Source: Candidatus Omnitrophota bacterium
GTDB taxonomy: Bacteria > Omnitrophota > Omnitrophia > Omnitrophales > Aquincolibacteriaceae
Direction: 5' to 3'
Assembly: GCA_003140935.1 (NCBI GenBank)
Contig: PLLJ01000011.1
Location: 2,634-66,633, forward strand
Length of the DNA stretch: 64,000 nucleotides
The first letter of the stretch is position 1. Each line of letters begins with the position of its first letter. Below, piece after piece: positions 37,718 through 48,786 of this stretch. Under the pieces are notes generated by a model. That model made no database searches. It saw only the letters and a program-made list of their open reading frames with translations, and was not told the origin of the DNA. Made by a program: the position numbers and the translations under genes.

Positions 37718-38829
37718 CAGATTTGCATCCAGTCTTTTAGCACCGGCTGATACCCTTTGGCGACGAGCATCGCTTTAAACTCCCCAACGCTCCGCGGGTC
37801 CGAGATCTCGAATTGGGAAGCGTCCTCCCCTTCGGGAGCTCCGAGGGTGTGGCCACCGACGCGTGTCGTCGAACCCGCCGACATGCGCGTGACTCCAAGC
37901 GGCAAAAGATTTTCGCGCAACTGAGCACTTTCCCGCGTCGAAAGCGCGATCCCGATCCGCGGCAGGAAAAGTCTCAAAGCTACGATGATCTGCGTCATGT
38001 TCCTGTCGTTCACCTGTGTAATTTCTTTAAAATCCCCGGCATGCGGCCTCAGGCGCGGAAGCGAGACTCCGATCTCGACCTCTCCGTAGCGATCCTGTAA
38101 ATACCAGGCATGAAGGCCCACCCAAAAAACTTCTTTCCGCCAGTCATTCAATCCCAGAAGGGCTCCAACGTTCACGCTTCTCATTCCGCTCTTTGCGGCA
38201 CGCTCCGGTGCGTCAAGCCGGAAGCGGAAATCTTTTTTAGGCCCCGACTTGTGCACCCGATCATAAACTCCCGTATCATAAGTCTCCTGATATAAGGTCA
38301 ATCCATCGACACCCGAACGCGCAAGATCGGCATATTCTTCTTCCGTGAGTGCGTAGATTTCGACGGAGAGAGAGCTGAAATATTTTTTGAGCACTTCCAG
38401 GCATTTTTTGATATAGGACAGTGGACTTTTCGCTCTCGAATCTCCCGTTAAAATAAGAAGATGCTCGATCCCTGTCGAAGCGATGAATGCGGCCTCTTTT
38501 TCCACTTCTTCCAGAGTTAGCGTTCTCCGTGGCATTTTGTTCAGGGCGTTGAAGCCGCAATAAGCACATTTATTCTCGCAATAATTCGAAAGATACATGG
38601 GCGTGTAAAGCTGGAGGGTCTTTCCAAAATGCATCAGGGTCAACGCATGCGCCCTTTGTGCCATCGGCTCTAAAAGTCTTTCCGCGGTCGGAGAAAGAAG
38701 CGCCAAAAGCCGCGCGGGATCCTGCGCATCAGAATGGATCGAACGCGCAACTTCTTCGGCTGAGATCCCGTGGAAGATCTTTTCGAAAGGAAGGTCCTTA
38801 TATTTTAGAAGGATATCGTAATAGCTCAT
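37717..38829 (-). CDS. thiH: 2-iminoacetate synthase
   Basis: Motifs YTPMYLSNYCENKCAYCGF, YQETY, LSTRE and MSAGS.T.VGG. Confidence 0.94.
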   Translation of the reverse strand: MSYYDILLKYKDLPFEKIFHGISAEEVARSIHSDAQDPARLLALLSPTAERLLEPMAQRAHALTLMHFGKTLQLYTPMYLSNYCENKCAYCGFNALNKMPRRTLTLEEVEKEAAFIASTGIEHLLILTGDSRAKSPLSYIKKCLEVLKKYFSSLSVEIYALTEEEYADLARSGVDGLTLYQETYDTGVYDRVHKSGPKKDFRFRLDAPERAAKSGMRSVNVGALLGLNDWRKEVFWVGLHAWYLQDRYGEVEIGVSLPRLRPHAGDFKEITQVNDRNMTQIIVALRLFLPRIGIALSTRESAQLRENLLPLGVTRMSAGSTTRVGGHTLGAPEGEDASQFEISDPRSVGEFKAMLVAKGYQPVLKDWMQI

Positions 38830-38831
38830 GC

Positions 38832-39617
38832 TTAGCGCGTTTCATCCCGGAGAAAACCGGTCAGAGGTGAGGAGGCACTGGCTCCGCTTCCGGCGGAGGC
38901 AAGTCCGGCGAGATAGGCGGCACGGCCCGCGCTTACAGCCTCTTTGAACGCTCTCGCCATGGTCACGGGATCCCGTGCGATCGCGATCGCAGTATTTACG
39001 AGGACCGCCGCGCATCCCATTTCCATGCATTCACAGGCATCCGAGGGACTGCCAAGACCGGCATCCACGATCACGGGGGCTTTGATCTCACGCGCCAGGA
39101 TCTCCACAAGTTCCCGGGTCTTCACACCGCGGTTACTGCCGATAGGCGATCCGAGCGGCATGACCGCTGCCGCACCCGCATCCACCATGCGTTTGGCCAT
39201 GGAAAGGTCCGGACTCATGTAAGGAAGCACGATGAATCCTTCTTTAGCGAGGATCTCCACTGCTTTGAGCGTTTCGAGATTGTCGGGCAGAAGATATTTA
39301 TTATCCTGGATCACTTCAATCTTGATCCAGTTCCCCTGCCCACCTGCTTTCGCGAGCCTTGCGATCCGCACGGCTTCATCCGCATTCCTTGCGCCGGAAG
39401 TATTGGACATAAGAATGCAAGACTTCGGGACGTATTCCAAAATATTGTCCGCTTGAGAGCCAAGATCGACGCGACGGAGCGCAACGGTCACGATGCCGGG
39501 CTGGGCGACTTCCAAGGCCTTTTGCATGAGAGGATAGCTTGGAAATTTTCCGGTTCCGATCAAAAGACGGCTCTTGATCGAACGTCCGCCGAGAGCAAGC
39601 AGATCTTCCATGGTCAT
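38832..39617 (-). CDS. thiG: Thiazole synthase
   Basis: Motifs [31 protein letters not shown] and VIVDAG. Confidence 0.96.
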   Translation of the reverse strand: MTMEDLLALGGRSIKSRLLIGTGKFPSYPLMQKALEVAQPGIVTVALRRVDLGSQADNILEYVPKSCILMSNTSGARNADEAVRIARLAKAGGQGNWIKIEVIQDNKYLLPDNLETLKAVEILAKEGFIVLPYMSPDLSMAKRMVDAGAAAVMPLGSPIGSNRGVKTRELVEILAREIKAPVIVDAGLGSPSDACECMEMGCAAVLVNTAIAIARDPVTMARAFKEAVSAGRAAYLAGLASAGSGASASSPLTGFLRDETR

Positions 39618-39814
39618 CCTCCTCCAACAAAACTGACGATCTCGATCATGTCCTGATCCTTAAGCATGATCTTGGGCCAGTCCTCTTTGGAGACAATGCT
39701 GAAGTTATGCTCAACCACGATCTTGTCAGGACACAGCTCTTTAGCCGCGACAAGCGCGTCGAGACTCAAAGGCCGATCGATCGATTCTTGTTTGCCATTC
39801 AAGGTGAGGATCAT
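39614..39814 (-). CDS. thiS: Sulfur carrier protein ThiS
   Basis: 66 aa ending [10 protein letters not shown]. Confidence 0.95.
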   Translation of the reverse strand: MILTLNGKQESIDRPLSLDALVAAKELCPDKIVVEHNFSIVSKEDWPKIMLKDQDMIEIVSFVGGG

Positions 39815-39910
39815 GCGCTCTTTTCCTTATCCGTGGAAACCCTGCGTGCTATCTTAAACGAATTTTGCCTCTATGGAAAGGCCGCGGATACCTCTGTGAT
39901 TACCGGCATT

Positions 39911-40840
39911 TCAGATCTTTAATTTCGAGAAGTTGACGCGCACATCTTCGGCGGAAGCGTGAAGCGCCTTCCGCTCAACGTCACTCACCCGGATCTCGAT
40001 GATCTTTTTTACGCCTTTGCGCCCGAGTTCCGCTGGCACGCCGCAATAAACGTCGCTCAACCCGTACTGCCCTTTGAGATAAACACAGGACGGGATAATC
40101 TCTCCAGTATCCTGAAGGATCGCGCGGACCATTTTCACGGCGGAAGAGGACGGCGCATAATAAGCGCTACCGGTCTTGAGGAGCTTCACGATCTCCGCCC
40201 CACCGTCACGGGTCCTTTGATTAATCCCCTCGATCGTTGCGGCATCCAGAAGTTTGGTGATCGGCTTTCCTTTGACCCGGGTCAGCTCCGGGACCGGGAC
40301 CATTTGATCGCCGTGCCCGCCCAACACTGTCGCCTTAACATCGGACGGCTTGCAGCCAAGTTTTTCCGCAATAAAATAGGCGTACCTTGAAGAATCCAGT
40401 TCGCCTGCCATCCCGATCACGCGCTCAAAAGAAAACCCTGACTTTTTCTGAGCAAGCCAGGTCATCACATCCAGCGGGTTTGTGACCATCACCAGGATCG
40501 CATTTGGAGAATACCGGGCGCATTCTGTCACGATCCCGCCGACGATCTCAGCATTCTTGAAAAGCAGGTCGTCCCGGCTCATACCGGGTTTGCGCGCAAG
40601 TCCCGCCGTGACCACGATGACGTCTGAACCGGCTGAGTCCTGATAACTGTTAGACCCGGTGATCTTCGAGGAAAATCCCTCGACCGGCGCGGATTCCATC
40701 ATATCGAGCGCCTTGCCTTGCGGAAGCCCTTCCACAATATCGACAAGAACAACGTCCGCCAGGTTTTTCTCAACGATGCGCTGCGCTGCTGTTGCGCCGA
40801 CAAAACCTGCTCCGACAACGGTCACTTTGAAATTTGTCAT
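39911..40840 (-). CDS. mdh: Malate dehydrogenase (LDH-like)
   Basis: Motifs VVGAGFVG, ARKPGMSRDDL, VLGGHGD and GSAYYAP; AGGAGG RBS. Confidence 0.95.
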   Translation of the reverse strand: MTNFKVTVVGAGFVGATAAQRIVEKNLADVVLVDIVEGLPQGKALDMMESAPVEGFSSKITGSNSYQDSAGSDVIVVTAGLARKPGMSRDDLLFKNAEIVGGIVTECARYSPNAILVMVTNPLDVMTWLAQKKSGFSFERVIGMAGELDSSRYAYFIAEKLGCKPSDVKATVLGGHGDQMVPVPELTRVKGKPITKLLDAATIEGINQRTRDGGAEIVKLLKTGSAYYAPSSSAVKMVRAILQDTGEIIPSCVYLKGQYGLSDVYCGVPAELGRKGVKKIIEIRVSDVERKALHASAEDVRVNFSKLKI

Positions 40841-40944
40841 GATACCATCCTCCTTTGAGAATATCCCTTTGGGAACCGGGAACATGCTTTCGCGTTCACG
40901 GATCGCTTCGCGAGAGCCTTTTTTATATCAAAAAAGAACATGGT

Positions 40945-41184
40945 TTAGTAGTTAAAAAGGTCCCGGTGCGCAAATTTTTGTTCGGGAAGCGCGTTGTGCA
41001 AGGCGTTCAGGATCTTAGCCTTGGTCCGGGTTGTAAGACGCCTCCCCTTGCGCGCCTTTTGCACCACCTTGTGAGAAAGCTGCTCGGTCGAGGCCGCAAC
41101 AAGTGCATGGTTTGAAAGCCCGTGCTTGACCATAAGAGCGTCAAGAGGCTGCGGGCCAAGGTCGTTCGTTTCTTTGATCGTCAT
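40945..41184 (-). CDS. Small conserved hypothetical protein (possible HTH-like fold)
   Basis: 79 aa with GPQPLD..LSNHALV..QLSHKVVQKARKGRRLT..DLFNY; ATGA-coupled to the rho-like gene. Confidence 0.7.
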   Translation of the reverse strand: MTIKETNDLGPQPLDALMVKHGLSNHALVAASTEQLSHKVVQKARKGRRLTTRTKAKILNALHNALPEQKFAHRDLFNY

Positions 41185-42200
41185 TGTAACTTGCTCACGG
41201 CGGCAAGAAGGTCCTTGGTCTCAGGATATTTCTTGAGTTGTTCGATCAGCGCGCTGATCGCTTCGATGGGCTTAAGCCCGGCCAGGGCACGGCGTATCCG
41301 GCGCGCCGGTTCCAGCTCCTGGGACGTAAAAAGAAGTTCTTCCTTGCGCGTTCCGCTTTTGGATATATCCACTGCCGGATAAATGCGTTGATTCGAGATC
41401 TCACGCGATAGAAAGATCTCCATATTACCCGTTCCCTTGAATTCTTCAAAAATAAGCTGGTCCATGCGGCTCCCGGTATCCACCAGGATCGTCGCAAGGA
41501 TCGTCAGTGACCCTCCGTGTTCGATCTTACGAGCAGACCCGAAGATCCGCCGTGGCACTTCCATGGAACGCGCGTCCACGCCCCCGGAAAGGGTCCGGCC
41601 GCTGGAACGTTGCTCAGCGTTATGCACGCGCGCCAAACGGGTCAAAGAATCGACCAGGATCATCACATCCGCACCTGCCGAGACCTCGCGATACACTTGC
41701 TGCATGAGTTCCCGGGCGGTCTGGATATGATGGTCATAAGTCTGGTCGGACGAAGACCACCGGACCTCGGCCGTCACACTACGGCGAAAATCCGTAACTT
41801 CCTCCGGTCTTTCGTCGATCAAAAGACAATAAAGCTTCATCTCCGGCCGGCTTTTGGCGACGGCCTGGCAAAGATGCTTGAGAAACGTCGTTTTTCCGGA
41901 ACCCGGAGGAGCCACGATCAGCCCCCGCTGTCCCATGCCGATCGGAGTGATAAGATCCATGACGCGCATCGTAAGTTCCTTGGAGCCGTCTTCGAGATGG
42001 ATCCGTGGCGAAGGATCGACGGCCGTACTGGCAAAAAACTTTTGTTCATCTTCGGCGATCACGCGTCGGGGTTCCCCATGCGGTGGCCGGTGAGAAGGAC
42101 GATGGGAATGAGTGCCTCGGCTTGGGTGCCGTTCGCTGCGATACCTTGAATCGGTATTGGGACCACGCCCTGAACGCTCTCGGTGTTCAAAGTTTCTCAT
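41181..42200 (-). CDS. rho: Rho-family RNA translocase, short form lacking the N-terminal RNA-binding domain
   Basis: Motifs PIGMGQRGLIVAPPGSGKT, LIDERPEEVTD, DSLTRLAR, SGRTLSGGVD, EEFKGTGNME and SGTRKEELL. Confidence 0.88.
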   Translation of the reverse strand: MRNFEHRERSGRGPNTDSRYRSERHPSRGTHSHRPSHRPPHGEPRRVIAEDEQKFFASTAVDPSPRIHLEDGSKELTMRVMDLITPIGMGQRGLIVAPPGSGKTTFLKHLCQAVAKSRPEMKLYCLLIDERPEEVTDFRRSVTAEVRWSSSDQTYDHHIQTARELMQQVYREVSAGADVMILVDSLTRLARVHNAEQRSSGRTLSGGVDARSMEVPRRIFGSARKIEHGGSLTILATILVDTGSRMDQLIFEEFKGTGNMEIFLSREISNQRIYPAVDISKSGTRKEELLFTSQELEPARRIRRALAGLKPIEAISALIEQLKKYPETKDLLAAVSKLQ

Positions 42201-44005
42201 GCTTGAAGTTTCCTCATTTTCTTTTCCAAAGAATTCCATTCCGCCTCGGCAGCTTCGATCTGGATTTGCAATTCTTTCAAATGCACATTGCGCTCCTTGG
42301 AAAAATGGAGTGGGTTTTTCGCCATCTCCTCCAAGACTTTGTTCCGTTCCTCTGTGAAATGCCGCGCGCGTCCTTCGGCTTTTTCCATGCTCTTGCGGAG
42401 CTTCGCAAGCTCGGCCTTGTGCTCGTTCTTCCTAGGCTGCTGAATTTCGACAGGGGGCTTGGAAGCCTTATCGGGGGAAGACGCCGATACGTTATTTTCA
42501 TCGCTGTCTTCTTCCTCGCCCCGGGCCACCTGCTCCAGGTGATAAACATAATCCTCATAGCTTCCGGGGTAGTGCAGGATACGGCCTTTCTTCACTTCGA
42601 GAATGCTTGTCGCCAGAAGATTGACAAAAGTCCGGTCATGGCTGATGAAAAGCACGGTGCCGGAAAAAGATTTGAGTGCGCGACCCAAAGCTTCCACCGT
42701 TTCGAAATCCAAGTGGTTCGTCGGCTCATCGAGAAGCAGGACATGGCTCTTGGAAAGAAGCAGTCCGGCCAGAACGAGACGCGCCCGTTCCCCGCCGCTT
42801 AGAACCTTCACTTTTTTTGAAACATCATCTCCTTTGAAAAGAAAACACCCGGCCATGTTCAGCACATCCTGATTGCTGACCCCCGCCGCGCTTTCGCGCG
42901 AGAGATAAGTATAAATATCATCTTCCGGGTCAAGTACTGCAAAAACATGCTGGGCGTAATATGCCACTTTAAGTCCGGTTCCCCAGCGAAAACTGCCCCC
43001 TTTGGGCGCAAGATCCCCGGCAAGCGTCCTGAGAAAGGTCGTTTTCCCCTCACCGTTATTGCCGAGCACCGCGACATGCTTTCCCCGGTCGATCTCGACT
43101 TGGATCCCGCGCGCAATGTCCTTTTCAGGATAACCGATGACAAGGTCTTCACAACTGACCGCAACTCCCGCCTTCGGCTCCACGGGCGGGATATAGATCT
43201 TCACCGTACTCATGGGATGCGCGATCTCGATCGTTTTGAGTTTTGCGAGTTGTTTCATTTTCGATTGCGCGCGCGTCGCCGTGGAGGCCTTCGCCTTAAA
43301 CCGGTCAATGAAGGTCTGGAGTTGTTCCCGTTTCTTATCAAGACCACGGTTGTAAGCCTGCTTCTGGGCGAGTTGCTCCTCCTTGAATTCGAAATACTCT
43401 TCGATATCCCCGGGGAAAAGAACAAGCCCTCCGTTCTCGACCTCAAGCGTATGGTCGCAAGTTCGCTTTAGGAATTCCCGGTCGTGGGAGACGACCAGAT
43501 ATCCACCTTTGAAATTAAGCAAAAAATTTTCCAAAAGGATCAACGTGCTTAAATCCAAATAATTGCTGGGCTCGTCAAGGATCAGGAAATTAGGGTCGCC
43601 CAAAAGCATCGCCGCAAGCTTCACACGCGTCTGGAAACCTCCCGGAAGATTCCGTACGGATTCTTCAAGGATCTCATTTTTGAGCTGGAACCGCGCGGCG
43701 ATCTGCCCGCACTCCCAATGCTCACTCCGCGTGGTGCGCATCAGGAAATCCACCACCCGCTCTCCCGGCTTGAACGTATCATGCTGCTCGAGATAGGAAA
43801 GACGGAGCGCCGTATTACGCGTGATGGTCCCGCTATCCGCCGATTCGTGCCCGGTGATGATGCGGCAAAGCGTGGATTTGCCGGCCCCGTTGCGGCCGAT
43901 CACACCGACCTTCTGATCGTCCCCGAATGACGCGCTGGCGTTATCGAGGATCGTCACGGCGCCATAGGCCTTGTGGAGTTCATTGACTTGCAAAAGAACT
44001 GTCAT
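42197..44005 (-). CDS. ABC-F family ATPase (ribosome-associated)
   Basis: Two ABC domains (GRNGAGKST and GNNGEGKTT), inter-domain linker with FIDRFKAKA, no TMs and a coiled-coil tail. Confidence 0.92.
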   Translation of the reverse strand: MTVLLQVNELHKAYGAVTILDNASASFGDDQKVGVIGRNGAGKSTLCRIITGHESADSGTITRNTALRLSYLEQHDTFKPGERVVDFLMRTTRSEHWECGQIAARFQLKNEILEESVRNLPGGFQTRVKLAAMLLGDPNFLILDEPSNYLDLSTLILLENFLLNFKGGYLVVSHDREFLKRTCDHTLEVENGGLVLFPGDIEEYFEFKEEQLAQKQAYNRGLDKKREQLQTFIDRFKAKASTATRAQSKMKQLAKLKTIEIAHPMSTVKIYIPPVEPKAGVAVSCEDLVIGYPEKDIARGIQVEIDRGKHVAVLGNNGEGKTTFLRTLAGDLAPKGGSFRWGTGLKVAYYAQHVFAVLDPEDDIYTYLSRESAAGVSNQDVLNMAGCFLFKGDDVSKKVKVLSGGERARLVLAGLLLSKSHVLLLDEPTNHLDFETVEALGRALKSFSGTVLFISHDRTFVNLLATSILEVKKGRILHYPGSYEDYVYHLEQVARGEEEDSDENNVSASSPDKASKPPVEIQQPRKNEHKAELAKLRKSMEKAEGRARHFTEERNKVLEEMAKNPLHFSKERNVHLKELQIQIEAAEAEWNSLEKKMRKLQA

Positions 44006-44067
44006 GGTTTTAAGGTTTCATTTTGAAGGATTGATAGCGGCCCAGTTTCATTATATCGAGAGACCCC

Positions 44068-45210
44068 TCAGACGCGAGAGGCAATGATCTTTGCTGCCGC
44101 ATCCGGCGAAATGTCGTTATGTTCACCGAAAACCGAGTCCCGTTCCGCGAAGCGCTCGCGCACTTTGCGAGCGGCCTCCTTGGCGGAGATCTTGTAGTCG
44201 CCAAGACGCGTCGGCATCTTCATAGAATGAAAAAACGTTTCGGTCTTCAGGATGGCCTCTTTCGCGGTCTTAACATTCCAAATACGTTGACCGTACTGTT
44301 CCAGTTTCTTCTTTTTTGCGGTCAATTTATATTGCCAGACCCCCGGAAGAACGATCGCCAGGGTCTCCGCGTGATCAAGTCCGTAAAAAGCGGTCAGCTC
44401 GTGAGCGATCATATGGGTCGACCAATCTTGTGGTACGCCGCAACCGATCAAAGTATTCAACGCAAGCGCTGCACTCCACATGAATGTCGCGCGCGCCTCA
44501 TAATCTTTGGGTTTGTTCAGAACCGAAGGTGCCACTTCGCGCAATGTTTGAAGAAGCGACTCCGCCATCCGGTCCTGAAGCGGAGCATGCGCCGGATATG
44601 TCATGTACTGCTCCATGACGTGTACGAACGCGTCCACGATCCCGTTACGTACTTGCTTTACGGGCAATGAAAATGTCGTTTCGGGATCTAATATGGAGAA
44701 CTTTGGAAAAACGTGAGGCGAGAAAAAATAAAGTTTTTCCCGGGTCGCTCCGCGAGAGATCACAGAATTCCCGTTCGCCTCGGAGCCTGTCGCTGGAAGC
44801 GTCAACACGGTACCGATCGGAAGTGCTGTTTTGACATTGGCGCCGTGTTCCAGAAGAATGGTCCATGGATCCGTTCCGCTAAAGCACGCCGCGGCCGCGA
44901 TGAATTTCGCGGCATCCAGGACCGAGCCGCCCCCCACCGCCATGATGAAACCGATCTTTTCTTTTTTCACAACCTCAACGGCTTTAAGGCAGGTCTCATA
45001 GAGCGGGTTGGGTTCGATGCCGCCAAACTCGGTCACGCGATGGCCTTTGAGCGCGGCTTTAACCTGCTCGTAGACGCCGTTCTTCTTGATTGATCCGCCC
45101 CCATAAAGAAAAAGCACGCTGAGATCTTGGGGGACACGCCCCGCGATCTCGCGGATCATGCCCTTGCCGAAGAGGATCTCCGTGGGATTTTTATAAACAA
45201 AATTCTGCAT
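44068..45210 (-). CDS. Iron-containing alcohol dehydrogenase (YqhD/BdhA-like)
   Basis: Motifs YGGGSIKKNG, GIEPNP, AVGGGSVLD, TLPATGSE and H.I.HELTA. Confidence 0.92.
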   Translation of the reverse strand: MQNFVYKNPTEILFGKGMIREIAGRVPQDLSVLFLYGGGSIKKNGVYEQVKAALKGHRVTEFGGIEPNPLYETCLKAVEVVKKEKIGFIMAVGGGSVLDAAKFIAAAACFSGTDPWTILLEHGANVKTALPIGTVLTLPATGSEANGNSVISRGATREKLYFFSPHVFPKFSILDPETTFSLPVKQVRNGIVDAFVHVMEQYMTYPAHAPLQDRMAESLLQTLREVAPSVLNKPKDYEARATFMWSAALALNTLIGCGVPQDWSTHMIAHELTAFYGLDHAETLAIVLPGVWQYKLTAKKKKLEQYGQRIWNVKTAKEAILKTETFFHSMKMPTRLGDYKISAKEAARKVRERFAERDSVFGEHNDISPDAAAKIIASRV

Positions 45211-45309
45211 GAATAGCTCCTATTACGGACACAAAGGTCACGAACCGCTTCCGAAGGGTTAACTCAGGATGAGACGCCGCAACCCCGCAAAATCAATAGT
45301 CGCGCCGTG

Positions 45310-46749
45310 CTAGTACTTATAATGCTCGGGCTTGTAGGGGCCATCGAAAGGAACATCCAGATACTTGGATTGCTTTTTCGTCAGCCTTGTGAGCTTGGCG
45401 CCCAGTTTGTCCAAATGGAGCCGGGCCACTTCTTCGTCGAGCTTCTTTTCAAGACGGTAAACACCGGGCTTTTTAGGGTTCATCACCAGATCGATCTGCG
45501 CGAGTGTCTGATTCGTGAAGGAGTTCGACATCACAAAGCTCGGATGGCCTGTAGCACAGCCAAGGTTCACGAGACGGCCCTCCGCGAGCAGAATGATCGA
45601 ATGCCCGTCCGGAAAAATATACTTATCGACCTGCGGTTTGATATTGATCTTTTTGATGCCGGGCCATTTTTGAAGTTGAGCGACCTGGATCTCATTATCA
45701 AAGTGTCCGATGTTGCAAACGATGGACTCGTCCTTCATCTTGGACATGTGTTCGGCCGTGATGACATCGATATTGCCCGTCGTGGTCACATAGATATCCC
45801 CGATATCAAGCACGTCCTCCAGTCGCGCGACCTGAAAACCGGCCATCGTCGCCTGAAGCGCGCAGATTGGATCAATCTCGGTCACGATGATGCGAGCTCC
45901 GAAACCATGCATAGCCTGGGCGCTGCCTTTGCCCACGTCCCCGTAGCCCAACACCACGGCGACCTTGCCCGCGATCATCACATCCGTCGCACGTTTGATG
46001 CCGTCCGCCAGGGATTCGCGACATCCGTAGAGATTATCGAATTTGGATTTGGTCACAGAATCGTTCACGTTGATCGCCGGGACCAGAAGCTTTCCCTTTT
46101 CCTGCATTTTATACAGGCGATGAACGCCGGTCGTCGTTTCCTCGGAAACGCCTTCCCATTCCTTGACCACCCCGTGCCATTTCTTAGGATCGTTCTTCAT
46201 GACCTTCTTCAGGATCTTGAAAAGTTCGATCTCGTCCTGAGTGTCGACCTTTTTGTCGAGGATCTTCGGATCCTTCTCTGCGTCATAACCCAAATGGATC
46301 ATGAGCGTCGCATCGCCCCCGTCATCCACGATAAGATTCGGGCCCTTGCCCCCTGGAAAGTTGAGCGCCTGAAGCGTGCACCACCAATATTCCTCCAAGG
46401 TCTCCCCCTTCCACGCGAATACCGGAATGCCCTTCACCGCCAAAGCGGCCGCGGCATGGTCTTGTGTGGAAAAAATATTGCAGGAACACCAACGGATATC
46501 GGCCCCGAGCTCGATCAAAGTCTCGATCAGGACTGCGGTCTGGATCGTCATGTGAAGACTGCCCATGATCCGCTTACCCCTAAGAGGTTTCTGTGGCCCG
46601 TACTTCTTGCGGGTCGCCATCAGCCCCGGCATTTCCTTCTCGGCCATATCGAGTTCTTTACGGCCCCAGTCGGCAAGCGAAAGGTCCGCGACCTTGAAAT
46701 CATTTTTCACTTTGAGAGCTGGCACTTTTTTTTGGTTTTTTTTCGTCAT
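45310..46749 (-). CDS. ahcY: Adenosylhomocysteinase
   Basis: Motifs [38 protein letters not shown] and [14 protein letters not shown]. Confidence 0.97.
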   Translation of the reverse strand: MTKKNQKKVPALKVKNDFKVADLSLADWGRKELDMAEKEMPGLMATRKKYGPQKPLRGKRIMGSLHMTIQTAVLIETLIELGADIRWCSCNIFSTQDHAAAALAVKGIPVFAWKGETLEEYWWCTLQALNFPGGKGPNLIVDDGGDATLMIHLGYDAEKDPKILDKKVDTQDEIELFKILKKVMKNDPKKWHGVVKEWEGVSEETTTGVHRLYKMQEKGKLLVPAINVNDSVTKSKFDNLYGCRESLADGIKRATDVMIAGKVAVVLGYGDVGKGSAQAMHGFGARIIVTEIDPICALQATMAGFQVARLEDVLDIGDIYVTTTGNIDVITAEHMSKMKDESIVCNIGHFDNEIQVAQLQKWPGIKKINIKPQVDKYIFPDGHSIILLAEGRLVNLGCATGHPSFVMSNSFTNQTLAQIDLVMNPKKPGVYRLEKKLDEEVARLHLDKLGAKLTRLTKKQSKYLDVPFDGPYKPEHYKY

Positions 46750-46765
46750 GGTCTTTTCTTTTAAG

Positions 46766-47956
46766 TTAAGCTGCACAGGTGACCTTGCTGCAACCGCAGT
46801 TATCTTTGAGTTTTAGTGCTTTTCGGAGTTGATCGACCGCATCCGTTTTTTCCCACGTAAAACCGGCTTCCGAACGGCCAAAATGCCCGTATGCGGCGGT
46901 TTTATTATAGATGGGACGGCGAAGATCCAAAGCCGCGATGATGCCTTTAGGCGTAAAATCAAAAACTTTCCGGACCGCTGCCACGATCTCGTCGTTGTCG
47001 AGCTTGCTGGTCCCGAATGTTTCCACGCGGATCGAAACAGGTTCTGCCACGCCGATCGCGTAGGAAACCTGGATCTCACAACGCTTGGCGATGCCGGCTG
47101 CGACGATATTTTTTGCAACATAACGGGCAAAATACGCGGCCGAGCGATCCACTTTGGAAGGATCCTTGCCGCTGAACGCACCGCCCCCGTGACGGCCCAT
47201 GCCGCCATAGGTGTCGACGATGATCTTGCGGCCCGTAAGACCCGTGTCTCCATGCGGCCCGCCTACCTCGAAACGTCCAGTCGGATTGATAAAGATCTTG
47301 GTGTTCTTATCTATTAAATTAGCTGGGATGACCTTCTTGATGACCTTTTCAGTCAGGTCCTTGGTGATCGTCGGAAGCGTCACATCGCCGTCATGCTGGG
47401 AGCTCACCACCACGGCATCGACGCGCACCGGCACATCGTTGCTGTCATATTCCACTGTGACCTGGCTCTTCGAATCCGGCCGGAGATACTTGATCTTGCC
47501 GCTTTTGCGAACAGCGGTCAAATAACGGACGAGTTTTTGGGCAAGCATGATCGGAAGCGGCATAAGCTCTTTCGTCTCATTTGACGCAAACCCGAACATC
47601 ATGCCCTGGTCCCCGGCGCCGCCTGTATCCACGCCCATCGCGATATCGGGTGATTGGGTATGAAGTGCGATATCCACCCGGCAGGTCTTATAATCGAACC
47701 CGATCTTGGGATCCACATAACCGATTTTTTGGATGACGTTTCGCGCGACCTTTTCGGCGTCGACCTTGGTTTTGCTCGTGATCTCACCGGCAATGGTCAA
47801 GCGGTCGGTCGTGGCAAGGCATTCGCAGGCCACACGCGATGCGGGATCTCCCGCGAGATACGCGTCCAGGATCGCGTCCGAAACCTGGTCGCAAACCTTG
47901 TCCGGATGACCTTCGGAAACAGATTCAGAGGTGAAGAAATAATGCCCTTTTTTCAT
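46766..47956 (-). CDS. metK: S-adenosylmethionine synthetase
   Basis: Motifs [19 protein letters not shown] and [16 protein letters not shown]. Confidence 0.97.
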   Translation of the reverse strand: MKKGHYFFTSESVSEGHPDKVCDQVSDAILDAYLAGDPASRVACECLATTDRLTIAGEITSKTKVDAEKVARNVIQKIGYVDPKIGFDYKTCRVDIALHTQSPDIAMGVDTGGAGDQGMMFGFASNETKELMPLPIMLAQKLVRYLTAVRKSGKIKYLRPDSKSQVTVEYDSNDVPVRVDAVVVSSQHDGDVTLPTITKDLTEKVIKKVIPANLIDKNTKIFINPTGRFEVGGPHGDTGLTGRKIIVDTYGGMGRHGGGAFSGKDPSKVDRSAAYFARYVAKNIVAAGIAKRCEIQVSYAIGVAEPVSIRVETFGTSKLDNDEIVAAVRKVFDFTPKGIIAALDLRRPIYNKTAAYGHFGRSEAGFTWEKTDAVDQLRKALKLKDNCGCSKVTCAA

Positions 47957-48723
47957 AGTGACTCCTTTGGATTTGTTGGGGTATTAACAATGGCGTTGGC
48001 TTTCTTATAAGAGTCGAGGTCGCCGATATCCAACCATTTTCCCTTAAGAGAAAAAGCAAAGAGGCCTGATGTTTCAGCCAGCCAACGCATATAATGGCCG
48101 GGTTGGTCGGTATTATGGCCGCTTGTGATATACCTGTCAAGCAAGCTCCAAGTCTCCTGGGGAAGCCAATAAATGCCACTTGAAGCGAGCGTGGTGGTCG
48201 GTTGGGGCGGTTTTTCCTGAAATTCCAGGATCTTTCCCTCTGCATCGACCCTCACAAGACCGTAGCGCTTGGCCAGTTCTTTGTCCCCAACATCATAGAC
48301 CGCGATGACTCCGTGTGGCCGTTTTTTTGTTCCGAAGTTAACGAACGACACCAGGTCAAAATCGAAGAAATTATCCCCCGCGATCACCAAAAGATCGCAA
48401 GGACTGACTTTTTTCGTCTTGATCACATACGCCAGGTCCCCGATGGCTCCAAGGCGGGTCTCATTACTCGTCGTGTGATCGTTCACGACCTCGATCGGCC
48501 AGGGATATTTCGTCTTCGCCGCCCAGGTTTCAAAATGTCCGGTGAATTTTTGGTTACTCACGACATAAACGGCCTGAACGCTTTGAACTTTTTGGACACG
48601 CTCCAAGATCCACTCCAGAATAGGTTTGCTCCCCACCGGCAGTAAAGGCTTCGGCATATTCTCGGTTAGCGGATAAAGACGCGTCGCATATCCGGCGCAG
48701 AGAATGATGACCTTTAGACTCAT
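47953..48723 (-). CDS. Sugar-phosphate nucleotidyltransferase family protein
   Basis: Motifs [29 protein letters not shown] and WLDIG. Confidence 0.88.
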   Translation of the reverse strand: MSLKVIILCAGYATRLYPLTENMPKPLLPVGSKPILEWILERVQKVQSVQAVYVVSNQKFTGHFETWAAKTKYPWPIEVVNDHTTSNETRLGAIGDLAYVIKTKKVSPCDLLVIAGDNFFDFDLVSFVNFGTKKRPHGVIAVYDVGDKELAKRYGLVRVDAEGKILEFQEKPPQPTTTLASSGIYWLPQETWSLLDRYITSGHNTDQPGHYMRWLAETSGLFAFSLKGKWLDIGDLDSYKKANAIVNTPTNPKESL

Positions 48724-48786
48724 GGCTTCCCTCCTTTAGAGTTAGAAAGACAGCAATGGATGCCCATCAAAAAACGATCGCTTGTT

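Noticed and set aside
41181-42239. rho as a pseudogene fragment
   Set aside because: Catalytic motifs are intact, the frame is open and both ends are ATGA-coupled; kept as a short-form CDS.
45307-46764. 485 aa plus-strand ORF
   Set aside because: Antisense shadow of ahcY over its whole length.
47957-48000. SAM riboswitch before metK
   Set aside because: metK overlaps the upstream gene, so there is no leader, and no SAM-I core is visible.
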